A stretch of DNA of 63,389 nucleotides, filler included, from Octopus bimaculoides (GCF_001194135.2; 5 parts of 4 records of this genome joined end to end with filler, not necessarily neighbours in it); one strand, 5' to 3'. Positions 10,530-24,127 are shown, counted from the first letter of the whole stretch. Numbers and translations are program-made. Notes: a model not told the origin generated them from the sequence alone.

Positions 10530-11720
10530 CGTTTGGTAGTTTCAAGCAAATTCCTACTGCATCACCTGCTACACCTCCGTGTTGCTGGGGGGTGTGAAGC
10601 ATTGTGTATTCTTTTCCGTTGTTGGGTGAGTGCAAACTCTTTGCGGTATTGTATTGCGTCAGTTTCTGTTCATTATTATTGTCGTTGCCGGCGCGTAAAG
10701 GTTTCAGTGACCGGATTAGCGAACTAGTTAGGAGGGCGTTGATGGGAGCAATAATCAGCAATAAATGGTGGTTCGCCCTGAAAAAGGCGATTAGACTAGA
10801 ATCGATAAGGTTTAGCAAAGGACTAACAGTAGAAAGAAGCAGAGTAGAGGCAGAGGTAGTCAAGAAGTTAGACGAGGCTTTTAGAAAAGGCCTCGCAGCG
10901 AGATTGGCACTCGACCAATTCTTCAATGCGAAACACAAAGGTTGCGTTGTCAAAGCTAAATCACAAGAACTTAGACACGAAGGGACGAACACCATTCAAT
11001 GGGCCTGAGTGGCAGAGACACGGCGTAGCAATAAATCCACAATCCGATCCTTGCCGGAGCACGAAGCGAAAATGATAACTGATCCGAGACAGATGAGTGC
11101 GGCCTTTCAGAGGCGGTTCGCTCAACTATTTAGGAGCAGCAGTGATCCGGGTCGCATCATAGATTTCACGTCCTACCTCGACGGACTGCTGTGGCTTTCG
11201 GTGACGGAGGCGGAGTGCTACGAAAGGCCGATAACAGCCTTTGAAATAGCTGTACGAGAGTTAAATCGCCTGGTTTGGATGGTCTACCCAACGAGCTTTA
11301 TGCTTACACGCCAGACTTGTTCGACCTCTTAGCAAACGTTTACTGCAACTGACAACAGAATGGGAGAAATCCCAGTTTTGTGAGTCGAGGAGTAGTGGCC
11401 TTGCCGAGGAAAGACCCGAATGAGGGTATTGTATTATCTTTAGGTCTATAACTCTGCTGAATGCAGAGTTCAAAATTTTGGCCAAGGTGTTAGCTACGAG
11501 GTTGGCGCTTGTCGTCGGGTATCTGGTAGGAGAGACACGAACATGTGCCATCCCGAAAAGAGCCATCCACGACAACCTCCATCTCATACGATAAATCATT
11601 GAGAAAGTGGCTAAAGAACCTGGCATGGGTGGGGCCCTGATCAATGTAGATCAGTTTAAAGCTTTCGATAGGGTCAACTATCTATATCTGGCTTCGGGCT
11701 TGTATTCAGGAGCTGGATGG
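10530..11720 (+). mobile_element. L1/Tx1-like LINE ORF2 fragment (EN-RT linker and N-terminal RT), frameshifted
   Basis: PGLDGLPYELY, SITLLNAEFKILAKVLATRLA, AIPKRAIHDNLHLIR and GALINVDQFKAFDRV are standard non-LTR RT motifs of the L1/Tx1 type. Confidence 0.85.
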
Positions 11721-11733
11721 CTGCAATGCACAG

Positions 11734-11835
11734 AGGGCGGCGAGCTGGCAGAGACGTTAGCGCGTCGGGAGAAATGCTTTGCGGCATTTCGTCTGCCGTT
11801 ACGTTCTGAGTTCAAATTCCGCCGAGGTCGACTTC
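11734..11835 (+). mobile_element. SINE family A, 5' half
   Basis: GGCGGCGAGCTGGCAGAGACGTTAGC...GAGTTCAAATTCCGCCGAGGTCGAC. Confidence 0.85.
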
Positions 11836-11859
11836 ATTACTGAATAACTCTCTATTTAG

Positions 11860-13400
11860 TTATGTCAAAAGAAAAACTATAGTTTTTAAAGAATCTAAAG
11901 CATCCACTGGAAAGTTTTTGCGATATTCTTCACTTTTGCTGAAATCAAAATGTTCTATAAATTTAAGCTCTTCTCAGGGTTGAGTATCACGTTTTTAATT
12001 GGTCAACTATTGTGTCGATAATTTTGTTATAGAGAATTCTATAATGTTGTTGGGGATCAACAGATTTATTCCTGAATCTCTTAATTTCGATTGCTGTATC
12101 GATTCCATATTTTCTTCCTAATATATTATAAAATATTGAAAAATCATCGAGTTTCTTTTCGAGCACGGTTCTAGTTTTATCTCTTTGCTGTTTAAAGTAT
12201 ACTAAGTCATGCCTTTTAGTTTGAAGGATGTTAAATAAGACATCAATGAAAGAAAATATGTCACTAGTACTTCTAATAGAAATCGGGAGCTTTTAAATTA
12301 CGTAAGAATCGAATAGCAGAATTCATTGTGGTCTCATCCCATGCTTCAAAATTTTCAATGATGTCTTCAAAAAGGCTGACTATGAAATTACAACTTTCTT
12401 TTTTTGTAGTAAGAACGAGACGTGAGGAGTATTTTCATCTAGTTCCTATAGCTTTGGAAAATCTTTTTTTAACTATTTCATTTAACGCATTGGCACTTTT
12501 AGATGATTTCGTAAAAAACATCCATTTATTGTAGAAAAAATATCTTGCTTTCTTTTATAGCAGTGCATGCTTGCGAAAGAACTAAACTTTCCACATGAGC
12601 ACAACAATGAACAAAGATCGGATATTCGTATTTTTCTCTTACTTTTGACTGCACCTTATTTAACTGTAGCCGTACCATCGTAGATAAGTATAATTAATTT
12701 TGTTTCCACACTTCCACGTTTCAATGTATTTAAAAGCGTATTCAGATAAAGCATTTGCTGAACGTTCTACACTAACAACAAACTGATAAATCGTTTTTTT
12801 TAATAACACAATCTTTTGTAACATAATGCAAAACAGTTGACAGTGGTGAATAGTTCGATACATCGGATATTTCATCTACAAGAATAGCTCCGAATTTTAC
12901 CTGCTTTAGTTCATTTTCTATTTCATCCAACATAACTTTCTGAACAGCATTGATCAAGTCATTTTGAATTCTGTTCGAGAGATCTGAGAAAACAGATCTG
13001 CTAATTTCTCGTCATATTTTCTGATTAAATATAAAGAATTCTTTATAATTTCCACGTTTATTGGATTCTTTTGAGTTGGTTAAGCATGGAAACAATTGTA
13101 AGTGCAATGGATTTGCTATTGTTCGGAATTGAATATATTTTGATTAATTAATGGTTATATATCAATTTCTCCGTTTTCTTTTTCTCATATATACTTATAT
13201 AAAACTGTCTTTGTGACATTTCTATCGGAAACAATGTTAAAATATTACACTGAAGGGAATGCAACAGCTCATGTTGCTTCCCTTGCACAGATTTTTTTTT
13301 TTTTGGTGTCGTCTGCCACTGCTTGTTATCTCATGCTAATTCCGACAATAAAGGTCTGAAGCCTATAATGTCATGTAGTTTATATTAATTTTGCAGAACA
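11860..13400 (-). mobile_element. Decayed hAT transposase (DUF4371/ZMYM1-like type)
   Basis: RGNYKEF, RIQNDLINAVQKVMLDEIENELKQVKFGAILVDEISDVSN (first catalytic D), YDGT, FVHCCAH (CxxH) and YNKIIDTIVDQL. Many stops and frameshifts. Confidence 0.85.
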
Positions 13401-13949
13401 TTAGAAGAACAATCTTATGAAAAATAATATGGTTTCAAATTTGTTTCTATAATTTTTAAGGTATGCATTGTTTCCTTTACTTCCATGCACTACACGCCTA
13501 TGATATATATGTAATATAAACTGGGTACTTTTGTGTTCTTTGTATCACAACAAAAACAAAAATTATAATGAATTTATTACAGATATCTGTTGAGATGAAA
13601 CATCATTTTCCACTTAAGTTTAAAAAATTACATGTTAACAAAAGAAAAACACAAACCTTCAATATTGAGTGATGTTTAAAAATATAGAGGTCTATGTGTA
13701 TACATAGACCTACTCATAATTATTACATGTATGATTATGGTTATATGTACAATATAATATAGCAAGTAATGATCGTAGCCACTTCAACATGGTTGTTCTC
13801 TTCAAACGGACTTTACCACGATTTTTAACCCCGAGAGGAGTTCAAACAGAACAGTCATGTCGAAGTCGCTACAAACATTACTTGCTAGTACAACTACTGC
13901 GATCATCTCTTAGAGAGATTTGAGAACTAGCTTTTTTTTTTTTGCTTGT

Positions 13950-13965
13950 TACTACATATATACAT

Positions 13966-14000
<35 letters not shown>

Positions 14001-14290
14001 AATGTGTATATATATATATATGTGTATATACACACACACACACACATATATACATATATGTGTATATACACACACACACACACACACATATATATACACA
14101 CACACATATATATATTCAATTAATACATATACATTCATGTCTGTATGTACGTATATAACTATTGCACATTAAGCATACATGTATACACAAATATATATAT
14201 ACATACACAGCACATTCACTGTATGCCTTGCATCAATTCTACAACATTATATATATATATATATATATACACATATATTCATGTGTGTGT
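13950..14290. repeat. Compound (TA)n/(CA)n/(TG)n microsatellite region
   Basis: Direct inspection. Confidence 0.95.
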
Positions 14291-15115
14291 AGGTATGTTT
14301 GCATGTCTCTGTAAGTGTTCATATGAACATTCAAACATCATGAGATAAGTATAAAGGAAAAAGTGGTACAAGATATTGGTCCATACTCATGCAACAATAA
14401 TATGCAGAGATTGCTCAACAAGTTTCTTCACCTACATCATGTTCTGTTGGATTATACCTAAAAAATAGTTCCAAAATTATCTATTGTTCATTTTATTTGT
14501 GCTTGTATTTTTTCAGTTTTTTTTTTTACTTTTTTCTTTTCTTTTTTCTCTCCACACACACTCACATATAGATTAATAGACAGGTAGATAGATAGACGTA
14601 CATATGTATATTACATGGAAAAATGCAAGCAGGAGAAATAATATTCTTAAGGTTGGATTTAAGTATAATTAAATCCATGTTTTTTCCCAGGCTATGCTAA
14701 TTAATAGTGTGTCAATTAGCGGGGTCGTTGATAATTTTTTCTTTACCTCAGTGATGCCGGTGACATATATCAAAAGTCCCCCACAAATATATTACCACCC
14801 ACAAATTTGAGAAACAAACGCTCATAACTTTTCTTTTAAAACTTCATTGCATGAGATTGATACCATGAATTGAGCTCTATCATTTAACCTTAATTAAAAT
14901 ATAGTTTGTTTTTAAAATAAAAAAAGTTAATTATACTTAGATCCAATTTTTTGCCTTATTTTATTTTTTTTTTTTGCATGATATTTTACGTCACAAATTT
15001 TTTGATGTAAATTTTTGTTGCATGGGATCAAAACTATGAAATTCCTCATGCTTCCGTCTATCATTGAAGCTAAGATAAATATTTTTGCTTTTAAAATAAA
15101 AAGCTGTTTACATTT

Positions 15116-15215
15116 NNNNNNNNNNNNNNNNNNNNNNNNNNNNNNNNNNNNNNNNNNNNTTAATTAATTAANNNNNNNNNNNNNNNNNNNNNNNNNNNNN
15201 NNNNNNNNNNNNNNN
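15116..15215. other. Artificial scaffold spacer (44 N + TTAATTAATTAA + 44 N)
   Basis: The same 100-bp structure occurs four times, and the 12-mer places stops in all six frames. Confidence 0.95.
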
Positions 15216-15231
15216 TATATATATATATGAA

Positions 15232-15458
15232 TGTGTATATGTTTGTGTTGTGTCTGTGTTTGCCCCCCCCCACCATCGTTTGACAACCGATACTGGTGTG
15301 TTTACGTCCCCGTAACTTAGCGGTTCAGCAAAAAGAGACCGATAGAATAAGTACTAGGCTTACAAAGAATAAGTCCTGGGGTCGATATTCTCGACCAAAG
15401 GCGGTGCTCCAGCATGGCTGCAGTCAAATGACTGAAACAAGTAAAAGAGTAAGAGAGT
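15232..15458 (+). mobile_element. SINE family B, 3' half
   Basis: CCATCGTTTGACAACCG...GAATAAGTCCTGGGGTCGAT...GGCGGTGCTCCAGCATGGCTGCAGTCAAATGACTGAAACAAG. Confidence 0.88.
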
Positions 15459-15699
15459 ATATATATATATACATATATATATCCTTAGATGAACTAGGAC
15501 TTAAATAACTGTCAACACTAACAGAACGTTTATTTATTTTCCAGCCGTCGCTTGTAGAACTCAAATAGAGCAGTGGGCTTCTCATTTTCACCATTATGCG
15601 TTTTCAAAAACAGCGTTTAGTAACATTGGTAGCTGTATCTCTATCATGAAAGACTGATACATTTGCAAACTACGGAAATGTAACACTACAATATAATGG

Positions 15700-16415
15700 A
15701 TGTGGATTTAAAAAATTATTAAACTAACATCCAAACTACTGTTACCAAATGAAACCAAATTTATGACAGAAACAGTATCTGAGAATCTACTTTCCCTTCA
15801 TTCACAAGGAAATCTAATATTCCTCAAAATTTCCTAAATCTCATCCAGAACATTTTTCACTCAGAGCGCAGCTATAAAATATTTGCAGTCAGTGCATAAC
15901 TAATATGCTGATGATCTCCGCTGTTATTAGTCGACTCGATTCACTCAATAAGAGTACTAGACAATTTAGTAACCCAAAGCATCCACAGATCTACGTTTTA
16001 ACCAGTCAGTCTAAATTCATGCGAAGTCAACAGACAAAATTATAAAAAAAGAAATGGCTATGTTCCTCGGTAAATCTGAGCAAATCTGATACACGCTAGA
16101 TTATTTGGGTGTGACCCAAGAAGAGTTTCAGGGACCATCTTAAGTTTGGTCTCAACTCTTACAACTTTCAGCCGGCACACCTTGTGCACTTTGCTCAGAA
16201 CCGGCAAACCTGGCGCACCCTACGCGAAGGACCTGCACACTTGGAACTAATCCGACGCACTAACAGCATAATGATCAACTTCCCTTGTCATCCGTGTTCA
16301 AGGACATGCTATTCCAGGATCGGACTGTTTACACACGTATGATCTCACACAATGTAGGATAAGAGTCCTGGAGGACAACGTCATCGCCAACATTGACGGA
16401 CAGCTATAAGCAATT
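15700..16415 (+). mobile_element. Degenerate RTE-clade LINE, 3' part
   Basis: YADD at 15904-15915, AQNRQTWRTL, and the C-terminal zinc motif FPCHPCSRTCYSRIGLFTH. Confidence 0.7.
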
Positions 16416-17414
16416 AAGCAAACATCTCTCTTCCGTTGTACATCTAACTCCTTATTTTCATACTCAAGTTACTTCCTCTGTTATCAATATTGCTCGGAAT
16501 AACACCGATTCATAATATTTGAATAGAAAAGTAATCGTATTTATATCCAAATTCTAAGATTCATATGAAATTTCTCATTAGCGAAAATAAACCTGAATGT
16601 TTTGGTAAAAGTATATCACAGCTTAAAGGAAAGTATATCCTAATAAAACTGATCATTGAAATATTTTCGTACTAGCGAGTTGAATGTATTTTTGGAAACC
16701 ATTTGCATAAATCAGATTTCATTATGTAGCAATAAATTGACGGGATTTTAGGAGAACGCTAATAGCTTGTCTCTCTTGATAACTTCTCTAACATTAAGAT
16801 ATGTTCACTGAATTCGTGGGTTTTGATATTATGTTTCTAAATTGAAGTTTTGCTGTCAAACATAATTATTACAGATATCAATAGTCGTGTGGATACTGCC
16901 TTGTTTGATATCATAAAACTACTTTCTTTTTTGTTAGTTTCTAGCATGATATATTCGATAAATTATACTGAGGAATGGCAAATGTTTAGCTAGGTCATGT
17001 CTATTCGTATTCAGACATCGGGAGACGTACTATGCAAATCACTAGGTCATTAAAATTTATAATGATTATTTTCTGGGAACCTAACCTGTTTTTATCTCCA
17101 CGAACTAGATAGTAATTAGTACATTCATCACAACCGTTTCATTCTATAAATAATGTGAACGGTTATTTGGTATATTGCTTTATTTTCTACGCAGAATGGC
17201 GTTTAAAGGATTATGAACACAGAAATATAAGAGGAAATGATGAACGGTAGAACACGATGAAGATAAGGGCAGGAGGAGGGGAGNNNNNNNNNNNNNNNNN
17301 NNNNNNNNNNNNNNNNNNNNNNNNNNNNNNNNNNNNNNNNNNNNNNNNNNNNNNNNNNNNNNNNNNNNNNNNNNNNNNNNNNNNNNNNNNNNNNAGCAGC
17401 AGCAGGGGTGGACT

Positions 17415-17464
<50 letters not shown>

Positions 17465-17534
17465 CATTTCCACATTAGGCACATGATCTGAAATTTAGTG
17501 GCGAGTGCTGGACGATTTCACCGACTGCAGTTCT

Positions 17535-17678
17535 CGACAACTACTTCCTACTCATTTCATGGATTCAGAAAGGGATGTAAGGCTAAGTCGAACTCGGCGG
17601 AATTCGAAACCAGACCTTAAAGATGAGAAAAATGCAGCTGACAAATTTATCCGGCCCGCTAATGAAATTGCCGTCTTG
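17535..17678 (-). mobile_element. Degenerate SINE family A
   Basis: GTCGAACTCGGCGGAATTCGAAACCAG is the reverse B-box region. Confidence 0.6.
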
Positions 17679-17705
17679 GAACAATAACAACAATAACAAA
17701 AATAT

Positions 17706-17764
<59 letters not shown>

Positions 17765-17789
17765 TAATAACAACAACAACACTAATAAT

Positions 17790-18235
17790 ACTTAAGTCGA
17801 AATTAAACGGATGGAATAAGATTGAAGCTATCGAAACCTGGGCAGTTTCACTCCTCAGATATGGAGGAGGGGTAGTCGCATGGATAGTAGACGAAGTAAC
17901 CAGCTTGGACAGAAAGACAAGAAAGTTGCTAACTAGATGTAGGACACTCCACCCAAAAAGTGATACACACAGACTGTATGTACCAAGAAAAAGAGGTGGA
18001 AGAGGGCTTATTGGATGGGAACACAGCATTAGAGCAAAAGAAAACAACATATCATGATATGTAGAAGGTGCCACAGAACCGCTATTATTAGAAGTAAGAA
18101 GGACAGGCTTGTGTAGGATGAAAGACTGCAATAATAAAGCACTGTACAAGAAATTGAAAACGAATGAAACTGAAAATAGGTGAGTAAAAAAAACAGAATG
18201 CATGGACAATTTCATAGGGATATTGATGATAGAGC
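17790..18235 (+). mobile_element. R4/Dong-like non-LTR retrotransposon fragment (post-RT region) directly after (TAA)n
   Basis: KSKLNGWNKIEAIETWAVSLLRYGGG...LDRKTRKLLT...LHPKSDTHRLYVPRKRGGRGLI and MHGQFHRDI. Confidence 0.8.
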
Positions 18236-21099
18236 AAGTCAGATCAGAAAGGTTTAATCATGCTTACTAACGAATTTATCCTAGAATATTTGCAGACAAG
18301 AATGCAATATATTAAATGCGATGTTTATAAGAAATTAAAATATGTTTTTAGGAGAATTTATCTGTTATTTCCACCAGATCACGCAACCACTTCTGATATG
18401 TTAGAATTGTAAAGAAAGATAGTTGTCAGACTGATAGACAACCACAAGTTTCAATATAGATGAGAGATTTCTCGTGAGAAATATGTATGGTGTGCTGAGG
18501 AACGGAACACACGTTTTGAAGCTAATGTATAAAATATATTATCGAGGGTCACTTTATTGGTTATTGTAAGAAATAATGCAAACAAGCATTACGCGTAAGT
18601 AATACTGATGAGAGTGAAGGAGAAAATAATATGATGGAAATTATTTTGTGTTAGTTTGAGCGCCAAACGTGCAGCAAAATCGTTAGGTTTATTTTGGCAA
18701 ACAAATCACTTTATATAAGAGGACTGTAAATTTAGTGGACTCACTTTGAAAGAGACATGGAGATGCATTGCAGATTGAGTGTAAGACAGCGAATAGGCCA
18801 GACTTATACATGGTATATTTATTGTTGTAGATGCATAAAGATGCATGAGATGGTTATGCAGGATAAAGTTCTGATAGATTTCTAGCAGTATTTCTTACTT
18901 AAACATTTCCGACTTGGCTGCACATGAAGTATATGAGTATCTGAGAGTTGTAGGCATAATGTGATAGGAATATTGTCGACCACATAATTATCGGACTTGG
19001 ATTTAGAATGAAATACATTAGTTACTAAAGTCAGTAACCATTGATCACGCGTAGTTAACTTAAAATACAGATAATAATAAGTTGATATTTGTGATAGGGA
19101 ATAATGTCTGGAGAGAAAACGCTTTAACGAGAATAGAGATAGGTGAGGATACTAACTATTGGAGAGCGTTAATAATAACTAGCGAATAGGATTCTCATAC
19201 TGCTATCATGGGGATGGAGTAGAATGAGACCTAAGGATAGTAATGTGCTTTGAAATTATCGAGAGTGACGACTTTTGATAATAAAAGAAAAGGTTGCTTA
19301 CAGGATATTCAATCCTTTTCTGCTGTAATATTAAACCAATTGTGGTAACATCAAAGAATCAATTTACGAACCAAGCGGAAACAAAAATCTCAATAGCCGT
19401 TCACACATCAATGGCGTATCATTGTGAAAGGTATGAGGCGTTTCTTTAAATAAAACAACAACCGAATAAAGTGAGGAGAATAAAAGCGAAGAACACAAGT
19501 ACTAAATGATATAAAAAATACACTACATTCCACGTTAAAATACAACACGGTAAAAAAAAAAATCGACTATAACGTAATAGACTAGAGTCGCAACAATAAA
19601 ACACGAAATAGCTGTTTTAAAAGAAAATTAGGAACCAGAAATATCAAACCTAAAAGTGTCAAGTACGCATAAGAAACACGTCTAATGTTGTCAGCAACAA
19701 ATTAATGTGGTCGTTAACAAATAGGATCAATAATATTGAATTAAGTTTTAATATATTCATTCAGACAAACAGCAAGCACTACAAAACGTGAGGATATCAT
19801 GAAGCAGAATCTAAATCTCATGTGAAAATTTTAGATCACATGGCGAATAAATTATAGAGATTTACCAATTATAATCCGACTAACGCACACCACAGGATGT
19901 GTTCTTTATATTTTAGCGATAGGTCAACAAGAGCAAAATGATGCAATATATGAGGTAATAATAGAAAATAAATTAATATCAATTAAATAAAAACTCCAAA
20001 AAAATAACACTTAACATTGGCGATGAACTAAGACACACTAGTGATGCAGAATCTTAGATTAGTTCAGAACTTTAAAGTTTACAGCTATTACATAACGGCT
20101 GAAACAAAAGAAATAAACTGATGAGATTCCATACTTCTTTTCCTAATGTATCCTGCCACTAGTGAGACCAAATACATATCACTTCTGAAATGCAAACATA
20201 TTTCTATTTGATGTTCAGATGATATTGATATAACTGTAGAATAAATACTCGTAAAAACAAGATTGTTCGGAGATAGTCGACATGAAATCATTAGAAAATT
20301 GTACAATACTCGTGGGTCCATAAGTAAGTATTTAGATCCCCTATATTCTAAATTTTATTGAATATATCTAGTAATTTGTTACAAATATGTGATATTCTCA
20401 CTATAAGTCTGAAAGTACTGATATGGCATGGAGGCCGTTAAAACATATGCAAAACATGCTAACATCAGCAAGTAGTACCATGAAGTACGTAATAGTCGAA
20501 GTACATGGATATCTCAGAATCATACTTCATTTAACGCATATCTAATAGATTATGGTAATGAGAGGAAATATAACTGAATCACAATAGCTAAGACGTAAGC
20601 ACTAAAATCCCCGAAAGAACTAAGGGTTATTCACAATATCAAGTTGATAAAAATATATTTGAGTAATCCTCAAAAACATGAAACCAACCTGCATGCTATA
20701 ATACGGAGAACTTAATACCAGATGTATACAAAATAAAACTAAAAGCAAAAACGAAAACAACAAAAAAATATTTTTGTGCAACAAAAATGAATCGCAATAT
20801 ATCTGGTTTTGAAGCAAGTAAGTAATCATTCATTAACACAAACCTATACTGAATTAAGGTTCGTAGACAATCTCAGCCTGCGCAAGAACTCCACCTTAAA
20901 TTTTCCGTCATTTCTTTCTCCATCAATTGATCCATTTCTACTATCCCTAAGTAGTTATAGCCCGTTTTTTCTATCTGCTTCACAACCTCCTCTGACGGTA
21001 TCGGTAGCCCGTTCATATCTTTGATTTTTGCCTCTATTCAAGACTAACAATAAAAACATTTTCAGTCCGAATTCCATTCTCATATCAGCGTATCAATGA

Positions 21100-22990
21100 G
21101 GGAACTGACTTAGGATTCATTTTTACCTAAACTTTTGAGGTCATCTATCACTATCAAGTGGTTGACTTTTCTTTTGCGGCCCTTCAATACATAGTCAGCA
21201 TCAGCATCAGTGTTAGTCGAATAATGCACAGCACAAAGATTAGTGGGGACAGGCCGTCTCCTTGGAAGATGCTCCTCCTGATTTCTACTGTCCCTAAACT
21301 TCTTCCGTATGCTGTCAGTTCCTTCCTTCAATTCGCCATACTTTTTCGAAGCAATCGCTCAACATTCAATGCGATACCAAATAGGTTCATACATTCCATA
21401 ATCCTAGAATGTGGGATCATATCATATGCCTTACAATAATCGATCCATGACATGGCTAAGTTAATTTTTATCCTCTTGCAGTCGCTAAGTACAGTTTTGT
21501 CTACCAGGACTTGATACTTGGTACCTCTGCACTTACGCCTGCAAAACCTCTGCTCATGTGACAGGATTCCATTTTCTTCCAGATGTCCGTATATTGACTC
21601 AACGACTATTCCAGTCAATAATTTCCACTTAAGTGGCATGCAGGATATCGGCCTGCATTTGGCTAACGTATCACCTTTTTCAACGTTTGTCAAACACAGC
21701 ACTGTCCTACCCATTGTCAACGACTCTGGTGTTACTTGGTCGGCATTTAATAAGGTGTTCAGTTGTGCATGACATTCACAAAATCTTTCGATCCAGTAGC
21801 CTTGAACTCCATCTGGTTCCGGGGCCTTCCAGTTTTTACTGACTTCCTTAACTTCCGTAACTGAAATGACTAGCTCTGCCTGTTTTGAATAGACTACTCT
21901 TTGTTTCAGTTCTTGCAACCATTCAGCATCCTTCTCGTGCTTCTTGTCTTTGTTTCAGATGTCACTCCAAAACCTTTGACTTTCACTGTTATCTGGTATC
22001 AAATTTTCACCTGTGAACTCTTCATGTATTCCTTTGTAGAATCTTTCTGATCTACTCAGAATAAACTATTCTGTTGGTATCCTTTCATGCTTTGGTCGTA
22101 TCTTACCATCTTTGCTTTCTTTGCGACGAGGCGCTGTTTCAGTTTCAGGACCTTTTTTTCAATATCTTACTTCCTGTTCAGTGTGTTTTTGTTCGCTTTT
22201 AAGTTCCTGCTTCTCTTTTCGGTTTAACACAGAAACATCCTTCAAGAGCACGTCTAATCCTGCCTGTATTCTTCTTCTCCACCATGGATCTCTTCTTTTG
22301 TCCCTCGAATTATATTGCTTTTTCTTGATATCAGCAACCACATTTTCTGTTACAACAATACTTGCTGCCTTGATCAAATTATTTGTTTCTGTGATGTTTT
22401 TTGTTCTGATGTATTTCAGAATATCATTCATATTTTTCCTTTCTTGGTTCAGTTTCTACCGATCAACCGTTTCAAGGTTGCAAATAATGTCGCTATCATT
22501 CTCCTGTACCCTTGCCTTTCTTCTGTCGTATATTGTTTTTTGCCCATCTGTCATGTCACCGTTAGTGTTTCTTGTCTTCTTACAAACCAACTATATGTCT
22601 CTCATCGAGCAAGCCATCACTGTTCCTTTCATGTGGTTTATTAGAGATTTCAGCCCTTTGTTCTGCTATGAAATTACTTTGATCAGTAAGAGCTATATTT
22701 TCCTCGTTTCCCCTGCTGCTGTTTTCCAATATTCATCTTTTGAAAGCTTCGAGCTTTGATTCTGTAAACCAACGATTTTTTCTTATTGCTCTAGCTTGAT
22801 CACATAATCTGTGTTCCGTGAGTTGAAGCTGTTATCTTTAACGCCATTGATCATACATACGTTGACATTATCCCCTAATATGAACACCGTTTTCGTCTAC
22901 AGGGTTGCTCAGGTGGTAACACTCCCTGACCACAGTATTGGCATGTTTGTTTCATCTACACCGTGTATGCTGATCCCTTGCTGAATCCCC
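21100..22990 (-). mobile_element. R4/Dong-like non-LTR retrotransposon, N-terminus to RT domain 5, decayed
   Basis: ECYHLSNPVDENGVHIRG, LTEHRLCDQARAIRKN, NWKAPEPDGVQGYW, RPISCMPLKWKLLTGI, WIDYCKAYDMIPH, GIFQGDGLSPL and VNHLIVIDDLK. Confidence 0.85.
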
Positions 22991-23044
22991 AGGCTGTAAT
23001 CGGAGCAGTATCTCTTAGGCTGCAGGAATCATAGCAGCAAAGTT

Positions 23045-23310
23045 ATGATTTATACAGAAGGTGGGACATGTAGAGATACCCATTTTGTGCATGCTGCAGA
23101 ATGCACGAAACACAACTTGATGTATGCTGGTTGTGCAACAGAACAATTAAACAAAAATTTTGATCGGCATACATACGACGTCAGGCAAAATAACAGTAGT
23201 TCGACAGAACTTACTGAGCATTTCGTTTCAAGCGGATGCAATTTTGAGGAAGACGTGAAAGTGCATATTCTGAAAAATATTCTGAATCTGCTTCACTTTC
23301 ACTTCTCAGA
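23045..23310 (+). mobile_element. Penelope-like element GIY-YIG endonuclease fragment
   Basis: TCRDTHFVHAAECTKHNLMYAGCATEQLNKNFDRH...ELTEHF...VHIL matches the PLE GIY-YIG layout (T-C...Y/H...C...Y-x-G...R...H). Confidence 0.7.
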
Positions 23311-23456
23311 ATGCATGAGGAGAGATAGGTTTACAGATTATTAACATGTACACATAACTTTTATTCCAATAAAATAATCAAATGTACCATGAAAAATCTC
23401 AAGTACAAGGCAAAGGTTGAAACTAAACAACATTTAATAATAACTTGTAATAATAA

Positions 23457-23585
<129 letters not shown>

Positions 23586-23989
23586 AATAAAACTTTAATA
23601 TCTACAACTTCTGTGAAAACCTATCCTTTCCTTTCTCTCTGAGTATTCGAAAATGTAAACATCCTTTTTGTTCTAAGACTTTTCTTGCTGTCCGGACATA
23701 TGAAAGACCGTATTTAGTATATCTTAAAACTTTACAATCTACAACTTTCTATGAAAATATTAGCCTCGTTTTCTTTTCTTTTTATCTCTTCCTGAGAATC
23801 ATCCTTTTCATTGCAAAAACGCTATTGTATTCTCCATCGGGACAGTCAAACGAACATCTCAAAAAAACTTTAAAAATTTGATATATTAAATTTTGTATGA
23901 AACTTAACTTACTATTCTCCCTGACTACCCACATGTGTAAACATACATTTTATTGCAAAACAATTGAATTCAGAAATTGAAAACTTCAA

Positions 23990-24094
23990 TGGCACCTTGG
24001 GCAAGTGTCTTCTATTATAGCCTGGGGCCGACCAAAGCCTTGTGAGTGGATTAGGTAGACGGAAACTTAAAGAAACCTGTCGTATATATGTGTG

Positions 24095-24126
<32 letters not shown>

Positions 24127-24127
24127 T
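23990..24127 (+). mobile_element. SINE family B, 5'-truncated, ending in its internal (TA)n at a gap
   Basis: GGCACCTTGGGCAAGTGTCTTCTATTATAGCC...GACGGAAAC. Confidence 0.85.

Noticed and set aside
13878-14348. ORFs of poly-IY/HT/CV type, here and at 29.4-30.4, 31.3-31.9, 34.3-35.1, 37.6-39.2 and 60.5-62 kb
   Set aside because: They are translations of microsatellites that lack stops in some frames.
20405-20455. CTGATATGGC...GCCGTTAAAAC as a hammerhead
   Set aside because: The core and GAAA are both disrupted and stem I is not convincing.
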